IMG/VR virus record: IMGVR_UViG_3300001605_000028
DNA length: 64,000 nucleotides
Strand: one strand, 5' to 3'
Source: an uncultured virus (IMG/VR IMGVR_UViG_3300001605_000028)
Lineage: Duplodnaviria; Heunggongvirae; Uroviricota; Caudoviricetes
In this document: positions 21,701 through 32,901 of the stretch, in pieces
How the letters are laid out: every line of letters begins with the position of its first letter
How positions within the stretch are numbered: the first letter of the stretch is position 1
Position numbers and translations under genes: made by a program
Notes under the pieces: generated by a model
Seen by the model: the letters and a program-made list of their open reading frames with translations, nothing else
Database searches by the model: none
Told to the model about the DNA's origin: nothing

Positions 21701-24700
21701 TAAGAGCTACGGCTGGCGGAACATTTGGAGGCTTATCTACCCAGACATTATACTATGTGATTGCTGATAATTTCACAAGCACTACATTTAGTCTCAGCAC
21801 ATCAATTGGCGGGTCGCCGGTGACATTAACTAGCGAAATTGGTGAGATGACCATACATCAAGCAGGATGGAGCCATGTAAATTCAGGAACTCCGCCACTG
21901 CCGTTACTAGATACTACATCTGTGTATAGAATAGAATCTAGACCAATATACTCTGATCCACAATTCTCCGCTCAAACTTCATCTCTAGGAGCAAGTAGTA
22001 CATGGGTTGATGCCGCCTACGGCGATGATAAATTTGTAATAATTTCTTCTACTGGTTCTACAGCATACGGTACTATAGGAGCCTTTAATTCTGGAAGTCT
22101 TCCTAGTACATCAGCCACATGGAACGCAATCACATATGCTAACGGACTATTCGTAGCGGTCGCTAGTAATGGTCAAGATGTTGCTGTGTCTGATGACGGA
22201 ATAGTATGGAGTGGCTATTCTTTACCAGACGGAGTTCAAAATTGGGCTTCAGTAGCAGGCGGGAACGGAATTTTTATTGCTGTATCGGCAACTTCCGGAA
22301 CAACAGCAGCACTAGCAAGTTCAACAGCAACGTCTTGGGTATCATCAACATTACCGTCTTCAGGAATTTGGACAGCAGTCGCCTACGGAGCTCAAAGATT
22401 TGTGGCGCTAAGAGCAGTTAGTGATCAAGCAGCAGTCAGCACCGATGGTGTAACATGGACCGCTGTGACTTTACCTTATTCTGCGACATGGACCACAATA
22501 TCCTACGGTAATGGTAGATTTGTAGCAATGTCAGCCGGTGATCAAGCAATATATAGCTTCGATGGATCTGTTTGGTATACATCAATATTACCGATTAGCT
22601 CTAGTTGGAGGAAAGTAACCTACGGACAAGGATTATTTGTAGCGGTTAGCTCATCTAGCACTAACAAATTTTTAACATCATCAGACGGTGCGTATTGGTC
22701 TATCAAAACCGCAGGTCAGACTTCAACAAGGTGGTCTGTGGTATTTGGTAATCCGGCATCTGAAGGAGACTGGTTATTATTACCACCGTCTGGAAGTACG
22801 ATTGATCGAATTAAAACTGGAGCGACCACAAGAGGAAGATTACAAATATCTGGCGGAAAAATAACAGGAGTTCGTTTATGGGAGCCAGGAAGTGGCTATC
22901 AATCAGCCACACTTACAATAGTTGATCCAAACAATACCTCCGAAGTTAATTTAGAAAATAGGATAGGTAACGGAGTATTAGGAAATCCATCATTTTTAAA
23001 TCGAGGAATTGGATACAAAACATCTACTACCCGAGTTACAGTATCCGGTGACGGTTATTCAGACATATATCCAGTTGACGGAAATATTATTTTAGATAAT
23101 GTTTCTAGGGTACCAAGAACTGGTGCTAATCTTATTTTAGACGAAATTAATTGGACTGAAACAACACTCCCAGCATACACATGGACACCAACTACAGAAA
23201 ATGATTGGTCAATAGCATTCGGCTCGATTACTGATGGTTCTACAGTAGGTGGAGTCGGTCAGTTTGTAGCAGTTGCCGCATATGGCACAGGTGGCGCCCA
23301 GACAACAGTTGCCGCGTATTCTACAGATGGGGTTGTGTGGACGCCAACATCGTTACCAGCATCGGCGCTATGGAAAGAAGTAATCTACGGTGAAAACTCA
23401 TTCTTAGCAATAGCAGCTAATAAAAACTTTGTAGCTAGAAGTCTGGATGGAGTAACATGGACGCAGATCTCGTTACCGGTAATTGCTAATTGGTCGGCAG
23501 TCGGATACGGAAATGGAACTTATGTTATTGTAGCCAACGGTGATCGCAATGCGCTATACAGTACAGACCAAGGTCTAACTTGGGAGCAAACATTATTGCC
23601 TATTTCCGCAAATTATGTTGACGTTAAATTCGGTGGCGCACAATTTTTAGCTATTGCTTCTGGTTCTACTATATCAGCGACATCGTCAAATGGCATAACC
23701 TGGCAGTCAAGGACGTTACCTCAAAATACCACCTGGTCAAATATTTCCTACGGAAAAGATCGTTTTGTGTTAACAGCTACAAACAGCGATATTATAGCGA
23801 CCAGCTCAGATTTTGGAATATCGTGGAGCGAATATTCTTTACCGTCAGTGGGAGACTGGACTTCTTTGGTATTTACAGGCGGAAGATTCGTTGCTGCTAG
23901 GTCAGATCTAAATGAAGCGGCGACTAGCATCAACGGTGAAGTGTGGAAAACAAGAACAACACCTAAACCAACTGCGGCATTAACTCTTGGTAATGACCTG
24001 TTAGTAGCATGGCATTCTGTTCAATTATCTCCTTCAACAGGCCAGGTAAGTGTTAGCACAGCTAGCGACGGCACAACAGATATAATTTACAGAGTATTAA
24101 CTGTAGAAATCGTCAGCGGAATCGCACCTAACTATAGACTAGCACTAAGAGTTAGCCCCACTTTCAACAGAACAACTACACCACTTCATGGTACAGGAGT
24201 AGAAATTAGAGAAAAATATAGTCAGGTTCGATTAACTGGCCATGACTTTTTAGATATAGGATCAGGAAATTTTACCGAAACTAATTATCCAAATGTGAAT
24301 GTTACAAATTTACAGCCTGATAAAGAGACTTATGCTAGAGCAGGCGGTCGCGTGTTTTACACGTCAACCGACCAGGACGGTAACTTCCGAGTTGGGGAAT
24401 TATTTGCGGTTGAACAGGCCACTGGTGTAGTTACAATTAGTGCTGATTTCTTTGATTTGAGCGGTCTAACAGAACTTAGATTAGGCGGAATTAGGGTAGG
24501 AGGAACGGGCGTAGTAATTAGAGAATTTAGCACCGACGCTACGTTTACAGCAGATAGCAACAACATCGTTCCTACACAGCGAGCGATTAAGGCATTTATT
24601 GCTAGGCGTATTTCGGGCGGTGGATCTGACGCAGCTACTGGTAGATTAATTGCTGGTACGGTATCAATTGGACCACAATCCATAGGAAATACCACAGGGA

Positions 24701-24831
24701 TACAAAATATAATACCAGTAGTAATGAACTTTAAACGGGGTATAGACGGAGTGATGTTAGCACAAACTTTCTTCTCTGACAGTTTTAACTCCGGATTAGA
24801 GTTCCAAGATGTAGGTAGAGATTTGGGCTAA
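18718..24831 (+). CDS. giant virion fibre/adhesin protein (2037 aa): CBM5/12-like repeats, beta-helix and two beta-propeller regions
   Basis: N-terminal tandem W-x5-Y-x3-D-x-V-x-Y-x-G-x2-Y-x-C repeats; MFYVRNGTGIRN and SIVANDFTQ; W-x2-(V/I)-x-YG-x-G-x-FVA repeats; C-terminal RLTGHDFLDIG...GGRVFYTSTDQDGNFRVG. Confidence 0.8.
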   Translation: MAEFKLSRLKFTWKGAWSPVTQYVKDDVVSYGAKTYVCLEGHTSSSNFYNELNKIETATEPDTPDPQWELMFDGYEWRGDWLPSTFYKLGDIVKYNGIVYICVDPHTSDPSLGLEFNQLDWVSYARGDKWKNDWAPSTKYSVNDIVKYFGILYRCVQPHLSDNTFLGGLESNELSWEILTPAQAWRTNWTVATRYRKNDIVKYGAFVYRCVLAHVSANTLEDGLEVDLNQLDSTLSKWEIVHQGIDYKSSWLPGIKYKLNDVVKYGASTWICTDYHVSLAAFDDTKFQVFLPGFEYDEEWQASVVYQKGDIVKYGGYAYTALVNSVGANPRSSPIEWELLTKGFKIMGEWQPAVTYNIGDVLRRSGQIYVALTDASSDPNNPAAAADWELVVPGEKWYKKWAAVQDYAIGDTVVYVANTYRCVKAHASTTLNRPDVDVNEEFWTTLIAGDPNNSLQDQGDLKMFGVTAPDRIAIGVNGQTLSVTSTTSASWDNFGQTQQVYFVGPDGIDSADQGISLEAPFASIRYACTIAIGPATIFVKAGLYREELPIRIPAGVVLVGEELRSTVVEPLLGFETADMFYVRNGTGIRNLTVRGLNGTLGPLNQYITRRPTAGAYVSLDPGNGSNDTSAWITSKSPYIQNVTTFGNGCVGLKIDGSLHAGGNRSIVANDFTQILSDGIGVWCTNKGLTELVSVFSYYAHIGYLAENGGKIRATNGNSSYGTYGTVAEGVDDEEIPLEGVINNRTRQAQIATAFSGEANDEILKLEFTNAGENYTTATYTFVGSGINAAVIGDEFRDGSIFETRILDPIDGSIPLGGGGYINTGNNAQAGNPFTVTLATNDPNDISIYRGLRVIIQSGSGTGQYGYIVGYDSATSKIANVANEYFQALTTNQTSSTNDIITVANTETLYVDMPVYIDFNPVNLTTVSTSVDTDRITVSSTAGLVIGMPIVFVNPVGNIAGATVYYIKTIPTSNTIQISETNNGSVYSLINSTIAIRATAGGTFGGLSTQTLYYVIADNFTSTTFSLSTSIGGSPVTLTSEIGEMTIHQAGWSHVNSGTPPLPLLDTTSVYRIESRPIYSDPQFSAQTSSLGASSTWVDAAYGDDKFVIISSTGSTAYGTIGAFNSGSLPSTSATWNAITYANGLFVAVASNGQDVAVSDDGIVWSGYSLPDGVQNWASVAGGNGIFIAVSATSGTTAALASSTATSWVSSTLPSSGIWTAVAYGAQRFVALRAVSDQAAVSTDGVTWTAVTLPYSATWTTISYGNGRFVAMSAGDQAIYSFDGSVWYTSILPISSSWRKVTYGQGLFVAVSSSSTNKFLTSSDGAYWSIKTAGQTSTRWSVVFGNPASEGDWLLLPPSGSTIDRIKTGATTRGRLQISGGKITGVRLWEPGSGYQSATLTIVDPNNTSEVNLENRIGNGVLGNPSFLNRGIGYKTSTTRVTVSGDGYSDIYPVDGNIILDNVSRVPRTGANLILDEINWTETTLPAYTWTPTTENDWSIAFGSITDGSTVGGVGQFVAVAAYGTGGAQTTVAAYSTDGVVWTPTSLPASALWKEVIYGENSFLAIAANKNFVARSLDGVTWTQISLPVIANWSAVGYGNGTYVIVANGDRNALYSTDQGLTWEQTLLPISANYVDVKFGGAQFLAIASGSTISATSSNGITWQSRTLPQNTTWSNISYGKDRFVLTATNSDIIATSSDFGISWSEYSLPSVGDWTSLVFTGGRFVAARSDLNEAATSINGEVWKTRTTPKPTAALTLGNDLLVAWHSVQLSPSTGQVSVSTASDGTTDIIYRVLTVEIVSGIAPNYRLALRVSPTFNRTTTPLHGTGVEIREKYSQVRLTGHDFLDIGSGNFTETNYPNVNVTNLQPDKETYARAGGRVFYTSTDQDGNFRVGELFAVEQATGVVTISADFFDLSGLTELRLGGIRVGGTGVVIREFSTDATFTADSNNIVPTQRAIKAFIARRISGGGSDAATGRLIAGTVSIGPQSIGNTTGIQNIIPVVMNFKRGIDGVMLAQTFFSDSFNSGLEFQDVGRDLG

Positions 24832-24885
24832 TCATGGCTTACAAACTATTAGATAAATACATTATCATCATAAGCGGAGTGATTG

Positions 24886-27800
24886 ATGGCAGAGTTTAAA
24901 TTAGGTAGAATACGGTTCGTATGGAAAAACGAGTGGCAATCGGGTACCACATACGTTAGAGACGATGTTGTTCGAAAGAACGGTAAAGTTTTTATATGTA
25001 CGGTAGGGCACGTTGCTGACGTCGATTTTTATGTAGATGCTAACAACGTTCCAGCACGTTGGAACCAAGCTAGTGACGGCCAAGCATGGAGAGGCGATTG
25101 GGCTCCTGGTGAAATATACTATGTCAACGACATTGTAAAATACGGCGGCCAAGTCTACATCTGTACACAAGGCCATGAATCAGCCGCAACTTTCGATATC
25201 GGTCTAGAAGCCGATTTAGATCTAGGCGATAGCACACTATCAAAGTGGGATTCATTTGCCGAGAGCTTTGATTGGAAAGACGAATGGGTTCCTTCTACTC
25301 GATACAAACTAAATGACATTGTAAAATACGGCGGAAATCTATATCTCTGTAATGTAGGCCACATGGCCGCATCGACTGAAACACAGGGCCTCGAAGGCCT
25401 AGGACGCACAACTCCCGGCGTCGCAGACGACATTGCTAAATGGGACATCTACTCCGAGTCATTTGATTGGAAAACTAATTGGCAACCAAATGAGCGCTAT
25501 AAATTAAATGATGTTGTTAAATTTGGTGGCACAACATATGTGTGTAACCAAGGACACACTTCAGGCGCAGATTTTACAGCGGGTCTAGAAGCTGATCAAA
25601 GCAAGTGGGATTATTTTAATCAAGGATTCGAATACAAAGGCGACTGGAACAACAACGCTGTTAATTATAAAATCAACGATGTTGTAAAGTACGGAGCAAG
25701 TATATGGATCTGTGTAGGTAAACATACCTCAGACCTTTCAACAACATTCGAACAAGACGAAGATTCTGGCTACTGGCAGGTACTAGTTGAAGGTCTAGAA
25801 TTTGAAAACAGCTGGAACGATACAACTATATATCAACCAGGTGATGTTGTAACCTACGGCGGTTATGCTTTCATAGCAACTACAAATCACTCAAATATTA
25901 AACCAACTGATCCTACAGTCGGTTCATCTAATTGGGATTTGTTCACAACAGGATTTAAACTACAGAACGATTGGAACCCAACTCTAGAATACAAGGTGGG
26001 AGATGTTGTACGGCTTAACGGTTACACATATATTGCGATCGAAGACACTCCGGTTATTACAACAACAGCTACAGCTACTACTGGATCTAGTGAAATCATT
26101 ACAGTAACATCTACCGCTAATTTCGAAGTGGGCATGGCTGTTAGATTTAGCGGAAGTGTATTTGGTAACTTACAAACTAATTTCACATATTATGTTGAAG
26201 ACATAGTTTCTCTAACAGAATTTAAAGTTTCTCAATTAGTAAACGGACTTGAAGTTAATATACAAACAGCAACTGGCTCAATGTCGGTGTCTGTTACTCC
26301 TCAACCGCCTAAAGAAAATTATTGGTCTAGGCTAAACTCTGGAATTCGATGGCTCGGACAATGGAGAGACGATTACGATTATGTATTCGGTGACGCAGTT
26401 AAATTCGGTGTAAACAGCTACATTTGTATCCAAGCACACCATTCAGAAGGCGACGATGGGTCATCTCTCCAAGCTGGTAGTTTACTAAGCAGGCCCGACC
26501 AGGATGTCACAGGAACTTTTTGGAATATTTTAGCTAATGGTTCGGAAGAAAGTGTATTAACAACCCCAGGTGACCTAGTCTATTATGCCGGTGCTGGTCC
26601 AGCTAGATTGCCTATCGGCCAAACAGGTCAAGTACTAGTCGTTAATAATATCCAGCAGCCTAGCTGGGCATACTGGGGAACAATTGATCAACTGTACTAT
26701 GTTTCCTTAGAAGGTGTAGACGAACCTGCTCCTTCATACGGTATAAGTTTAGACAGACCGTGGAAAACTATAAAATATGCCGCCGACCAAATAGAAAAAG
26801 GCGCTCGAAATCCAAACGCAGCTCACTTAATAGCAATCAACAGATTGTTTATCCAGCGTGAAACTGTAGAATGGATCGATTATCAAATAGCTAATAACAT
26901 TGCTCCTTTTGTAACTGGATTTACTTACGATCAAACAAAATGTGAAAGAGACATGGGCTTCATTATTGACGCATTAGTGTGGGATTTAACACACGGCGGA
27001 AATGTGAGATCTAGAAAAGCAGCATTAGAGTATGTTACTAATGCTCCAGCAATATATTCTCTAGGACAAAAAGAAGAAACAGTAGCAGCAATTACCTATG
27101 CGGTACAAGATGTAATTCTCGGAGCTATACTATCAAATACAAACCCAGCAGCAAATTATCAAATTTTAAATGCTGTTCCGGTTGGTGACAGGATATCACA
27201 GGTTATTGATCTTTCTAAAAATACTGAAGATGAAGCCGACGAAGAAATTATTTTCTTAGCTACAGCAATTGTCACAGCAATCAACGACGGAACAACAGCA
27301 GGTGTACCAGCAGAAATAAAACCTCAAAGAACGATATTAGTTAAGACCGGTGTGTTCTATGAAACATTGCCAATTATTGTTCCGGTTGATACTGCTGTAG
27401 TTGGAGACGAACTACGCTCTACGATNNTCATCTAGACCAGCTACATCTCAGATTAGTTCGGGAGATAGTTCCTTACAGTCTAGATGCTCTTTAACTAGTA
27501 AATCAAAGACTATAGTATACGGATATTGTCCGAGGAATTACAGTAAGCTAAAACTACTACAGGCAGTAACCCAAATACAGAAATCCAGAGTCAAAATAAA
27601 CCGTTTAGCCAGCGCCACTGAGGGAACTCTTGTAGAAAATCTCGCACAAAATGCCTACGATTATATAGACTTTTATATTAATTCGACAGGTTTGGCACCA
27701 GCTATGACTGGCTCTAATAATCCATCAGAGACCTACAATGTTTATGCTGCGATCGGCCAATTGGAATTAAACAGAGAATTTATAGTAGCCGAGGTCCATG

Positions 27801-30800
27801 CCTATATATCATTAACATACCCGATGTATACGTATCCTATAGGAGCGTGTTCTAGAGATGTTAACGAATACATCGATGCGTTTAAACATGATTTAGCCTA
27901 TCCCGGAAACTACAGAACACTGATGACAGCCAAGTGGTACGTTAACGGAGTAACTGGATCGCTGACAGAAAATATGTTCTTGGTTCGAAATGCTACAGGT
28001 GTTAGAAACTGTACAGTCCAAGGATTAACCGGAACATTAGTTGGACCAAATAGTTACGGAACATTCAGACCCACTGCTGGTGCGTATGTTTCGTTAGATC
28101 CGGGCTGGGGACCAAACGACCAGCGAGTATGGATTACTACTAGATCTTGCTATGTTCAAAACGTGACCACATTTGGTACTGCCTGTGTGGGATGTAAGAT
28201 TGACGGTAGCCTACACAACGGCGGCAACAGATCTATCGTTGCCAACGACTTTACACAGATCTTGTCGGATGGTATAGGTGTATGGTGTACTAATTTAGGA
28301 TTAACTGAGCTAGTTTCTGTGTTCTCCTATTACGGACACATTGGATATCTAGCAGAAAATGGTGGTAAGATCCGTGCTACCAACGGCAACAGCTCATACG
28401 GTACTTACGGAACGGTGTCTGAAGGAGTTGATTCAACTGAAGTTCCGATCGTAGGTGAAACTAACAATCGATTCGAACAGGCACTAGTCGGACTAGTTAC
28501 TACTAACAACAACAATATCCTAAGAATAGAATACATTAATGCCGGTAGCTTCTACACTTCAGCATCTTATACATTCAATGGTCCGGGTGTTAACGCCGAA
28601 GTAGTCGGCAATGAAACTAGAGACGACGGTGTATTTGAAGTTAGATTACTTGAATTAGACGACAGTTCGGGTCAATTCGGCGGCTCGGATTATGTTAACG
28701 TAGAAAACGTTGCCCAAAGCGGAACACTGACATCGATCACACTTGCGGCTACTGATTCCGCTACTAGCGCATCCTATATTGGTATCCGTGTTGTTATCAT
28801 CTCGGGCACAGGCATGGGACAATACGGTTATATCAACGCTTATAATTCTGGAACAAAATTAGCCCAGATCTACAAAGAATCGACCGGAACACCGGGCTGG
28901 GATCACGTAGTTCCAGGATGGCCAATTATTGCCCCTGACGCATCGACTCAATACAGTCTTGAACCTAGACTAACACTGAGTGCTCCGCCATTCACCCAGG
29001 CCGCTGAAGGTCCGATTATCACCGATGGTAACTCAGCGGCTGGCTATGTTGAAGCGGCGATCGTAGCAAGAAGAGGCACGTATACCGCAGTAGCATCAAC
29101 AAATACAACCGGTCTAGGTGCCGGAGCAACATTTAATATCGTTTACTCTGGATTAAAGTATACCAGTGTAACAGTAAACGCTGTCGGGCTAGGATATAAT
29201 GTCAATGACATTTTACAAGTTGAACCAGTCAGCGGAAGTATTGTCACAATCAAAGTAACACGAGTAACTAGTCCAGCGGGAGCCATTGCTACTTTTGAAT
29301 TTAACGGTATTCCAACTAATGCGTATGCTGCTTGGGCTATCCCGAATACCGGCAATCAATTCATGTTATCCACTGACATATCGTCTTGGGAAACCAGCAC
29401 ACAATCTTCAGTACCGACCGGTGTAACGTGGACATGTATAGCGTCTGCTTCGTTAACTAGCAATGATTATTTTGTAGTATTACCAACAGGATCTGATACC
29501 GCATTATATACCACCGGTGTAGATGATTGGTCAACTGCAGTGCTACCACAAACTGGTAATTACACCGGTGTAGCATTCGGAGAAGGCAGATTTGTTGGGG
29601 TTAGAAGCGATTCAGCTACTCCGGTTGTATCATTGAATGGCAATACTTGGGCAAATGGTGGATCAAATCTTCCAGGATCAACTAGCTGGTCAGCAATTAC
29701 CTACGGTGCTGGTAAGTTTGTAGCAGTAGCTACCGGTGGCACAGCCGCAGCCTACAGTCTAGAGGGCAGTACTTGGTTAGGCACAACATTACCAGCGAGC
29801 ACTACTTGGAATAGCGTAGTCTATGGAAACGGCCGATTTGTTGCTGTAAACAGCGACGGCACAGCCGCAGCCTACAGTCTAGACGGTATTACATGGACCG
29901 CTATAACACTACCGGGGGGATTTAGCGGAAATAAAGTTTCATACGGTCAGGGAGTATTTGTAGCAACTAATTCAACAGTCGCAGGCACAACTATCTGGAC
30001 CTCAGATTACGGCATTATTTGGACAGCTAGAACAGTAGACAGCGGCAAGTGGTCTAGAGCAGTATTTGGCAACGCAGGATTTAACCCAGTCTGGGCAGCA
30101 TTTTCTACAGACACTGCTGGTACAGGCCCAACAGATACTACAATTTTAGTATTTGAAACAGGCGCAACGGCTCAGGTTAGAGCTAGAGTTACTGACGGTA
30201 GGATCACATTGATCCGTGTTAGTGAACCGGGATCAAATTATACGACCGCACCTACTTTAACGATAACAGATCCGAATAATATTTTTGAAGCACCGGTACA
30301 AGTTAGAATAGGCAAAGGTGCGTTGGCAAATCCGTCATTTGTTAATCGCGGAATTTCCTACGCAACGGCAACAGCATCCGTAACTGGAGATGGGTTCGCT
30401 GATGTATTCCAATACCTCGGGTTTGTTGACGTTAAAAATATGCTGGCAGTTCCTGTAGCTGGCTCGAATATCGAGTTCGCTAGCTTGCCAGGGCAGTTCT
30501 TTAAATTAGTTACTGTAACCCGACTAGTAGCAACTGGACCATCTTCAACTGGACCGTTCTCAGCTAGACTACAAGTTAGTCCGGCGATAAACATCCAGGA
30601 TGCGTTAGGACACGAAGTATCCTTCGAAGCTAGAATCAAATACAGTCAAGTTCGTTTAACAGGACACGACTTTTTGGACATCGGAACCGGAAACTTTACC
30701 AGCACAAATTATCCTGGATTACCGTTTATTGATCCAGTACCTGAATCCGAAACTGTTGAAAGCGGTGGCGGTCGTGTGTTCTTTACAAGTACCGACCAAG

Positions 30801-31210
30801 ACGGTAACTTCCGAGTTGGCGATCTATTCACTATCGAGCAGGCAACTGGTACAGCTACACTAAATGCTGATGCGTTTAATATTGCCGGTCTTCAGGAATT
30901 ATCTTTAGGATCTGTAGAGTTAGGCACCGGCGGCGCAGCAATTACTGAATTCAGTACAGATCAGTTCTTTACAGCAGACTCGGACGCAGTAATCCCAACA
31001 CAGCGAGCAATTAAAGCGTATATTTCTTCACAAATTGGCTCAGGAGCCAGTACTTTGAATGTAAATACACTTACCGCTGGTTCTATATTCGTAGCTAACA
31101 ATGTTATCACAACTACCACAAATCTTAAGATTGATGTAACAACTAAGATGAACTTTATTGGTGGAGTAGATGGATACCCTGTAGCAATGAACTTATTTTT
31201 ACACGGTTAA
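24886..31210 (+). CDS. giant virion fibre/adhesin protein, paralogue of 18718, with two phycobiliprotein-like helical repeats; garbled frameshift region at about 27420-27600
   Basis: MAEFKLGRIRFVWK start; same domain order as 18718; ORFs 24883-27435 and 27401-31210 join after VGDELRST, where N bases occur. Confidence 0.75.
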
Positions 31211-31223
31211 TGGAGATTTATAA

Positions 31224-31544
31224 ATGGCAACAGGAAGATTAGGCGCACAAGATCTAGCAGCAGCAGCAAACACAACGTTGTACACCGTACCGGTTGACAC
31301 TTTTGCTGTAGTTTCCGTTAGTTTGTGTAACAGAAGTAACCAAGCATGTAACGTGCGAATGGCAGTATCTAATACAGCAACCCCTACAAACGCAGAATGG
31401 ATCGAATACGATACTGAACTGTTAGGCAAAGGAGTGCTAGAAAGAACTGGTATTGTTATGGATGCTGGAAAATTTTTAGTGGTTTATTCTAACGCAGCAG
31501 GTGTTACTGCCGTGGCGTTCGGAATTGAAACCTCTACAGTTTAA
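31224..31544 (+). CDS. small fibre-associated protein (paralogue of 6645 and 17995)
   Basis: NTTLYTVP...VSLCNRS...EWIEYD...VLERTGIVM. Confidence 0.65.
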   Translation: MATGRLGAQDLAAAANTTLYTVPVDTFAVVSVSLCNRSNQACNVRMAVSNTATPTNAEWIEYDTELLGKGVLERTGIVMDAGKFLVVYSNAAGVTAVAFGIETSTV

Positions 31545-31571
31545 GATAAATACTAGGTACAGGGGAATTAA

Positions 31572-31904
31572 ATGGGAAGATATATTACAACTACAGGCAC
31601 TGCTGGTAACACTATTAGAGAAATCAGCGCTGCCTATAACGCACAGGTAAATGACAGGATTTTAGTTAATACGGCTAGTACCGCTATTACTATTACCCTG
31701 CCTGCTCCGTCGGTGCTTTTTCTTAATGATACAATACAAATTATTGACATTTCAGGAAACGCTTCAACAAATAACATTACTGTTGCTAGAAACGGATCTA
31801 AAATTCAAAATATCACAGACGATCTAACTATCGACATTAATGGAGCTATTATTACTCTAATTTATAGTGGTGCTAGTTTTGGTTGGATCGTGGCTTCAGC
31901 TTAA
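31572..31904 (+). CDS. tail-fibre-related protein (single T4 gp34-like beta-repeat domain)
   Basis: DRILVNT...ITITLPA...DTIQIID...TNNITVARNGSKI...LIY...GW. Confidence 0.6.
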   Translation: MGRYITTTGTAGNTIREISAAYNAQVNDRILVNTASTAITITLPAPSVLFLNDTIQIIDISGNASTNNITVARNGSKIQNITDDLTIDINGAIITLIYSGASFGWIVASA

Positions 31905-31925
31905 CAGCTTTTAGGATAATGAAAC

Positions 31926-32900
31926 ATGCCAACATCATTTAGAAATTTAGTAGGAACCAAATCTCAAAGTTTTTTTGCCGGTAGCGGCAATGAAACTAAC
32001 CTTGAACGAGGTAGAGTTTGGTCCTACACACCCGGCAACGATTTTTCAAATTACGGTATCTGTTGGACTGCCCCTGCTGACGGAACTGCGATTGTTGAAA
32101 TTTGGGGTGCCGGTGGCTCAGGAGCACGTATGTGCTGCTGTGGTGGTGGCGTTCCTGGAAACGCCGGAGCTTATTCAAGACGAACTGTAAAAGTTAGGGC
32201 CGGCTGCTTCTTTACAGGATCTGTGGGATTTAGTTGTGGTAACGGTGACGCACTATGTTTTAGAGGCTGTTCAGACCCAACTGGCTTGTGTTGGAGGGGT
32301 CTAGAAGGAACTGGCTGTATGTGTGCCCAAGGTGGCCGTGGTGGCTTATCTTTCTGTACCACAGGCACTTCTATGTTCTGCTGCTTTGGCGGAAACGGAT
32401 TTTGTAGAACCGGTCCTTTCAATGATAACTGTGGTATCGTTTGTAATTTCTTCCCAGGAATGTGGATCGCTAATGCATTTGGCGGGGATATAAATCGTTG
32501 CGGACATTTTTCATGTACGGCATTTTTTGGCTGTCAAGGACCTTGTATCTGTTCATATATCCAACACGTAGCTGTGCCGGCTGGACAACACTCTCGCTGC
32601 GGCGGCGTGGTTTCATTCGCTACTGAAAACAACAACGATTTCTCCAACTGGAGCGGTCAAGGAGCACATCAACACCAGGCTGCGCTCAATGGTCTTTCTA
32701 GAGCACCAAACGCTGGTATTCCTTGGGCTTACGGCTGGGGAGCAGGTGTCGGTTGCGGCTGTTATGACAACGAAGGTTGTTCACCTCATGTACCACCTGG
32801 TCATCCAGGCACAGCACCATTTCCTTGCGGAGATGTTAGAGACAACGGACGTAGAGGCGGCCATGGTCTAATAAGAATTAAATTTATAGAGGGACAATAA
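31926..32900 (+). CDS. Cys/Gly-rich putative fibre-tip protein 1
   Basis: EIWGAGGSG Gly-rich domain; 27 Cys in 324 aa by hand count; MCCC motif. Confidence 0.6.
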   Translation: MPTSFRNLVGTKSQSFFAGSGNETNLERGRVWSYTPGNDFSNYGICWTAPADGTAIVEIWGAGGSGARMCCCGGGVPGNAGAYSRRTVKVRAGCFFTGSVGFSCGNGDALCFRGCSDPTGLCWRGLEGTGCMCAQGGRGGLSFCTTGTSMFCCFGGNGFCRTGPFNDNCGIVCNFFPGMWIANAFGGDINRCGHFSCTAFFGCQGPCICSYIQHVAVPAGQHSRCGGVVSFATENNNDFSNWSGQGAHQHQAALNGLSRAPNAGIPWAYGWGAGVGCGCYDNEGCSPHVPPGHPGTAPFPCGDVRDNGRRGGHGLIRIKFIEGQ

Positions 32901-32901
32901 C

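Noticed and set aside
27401..27600. Separate gene starting at 27401
   Set aside because: The first 65 or so residues are out-of-frame noise, and paralogy with 18718 shows one continuous gene
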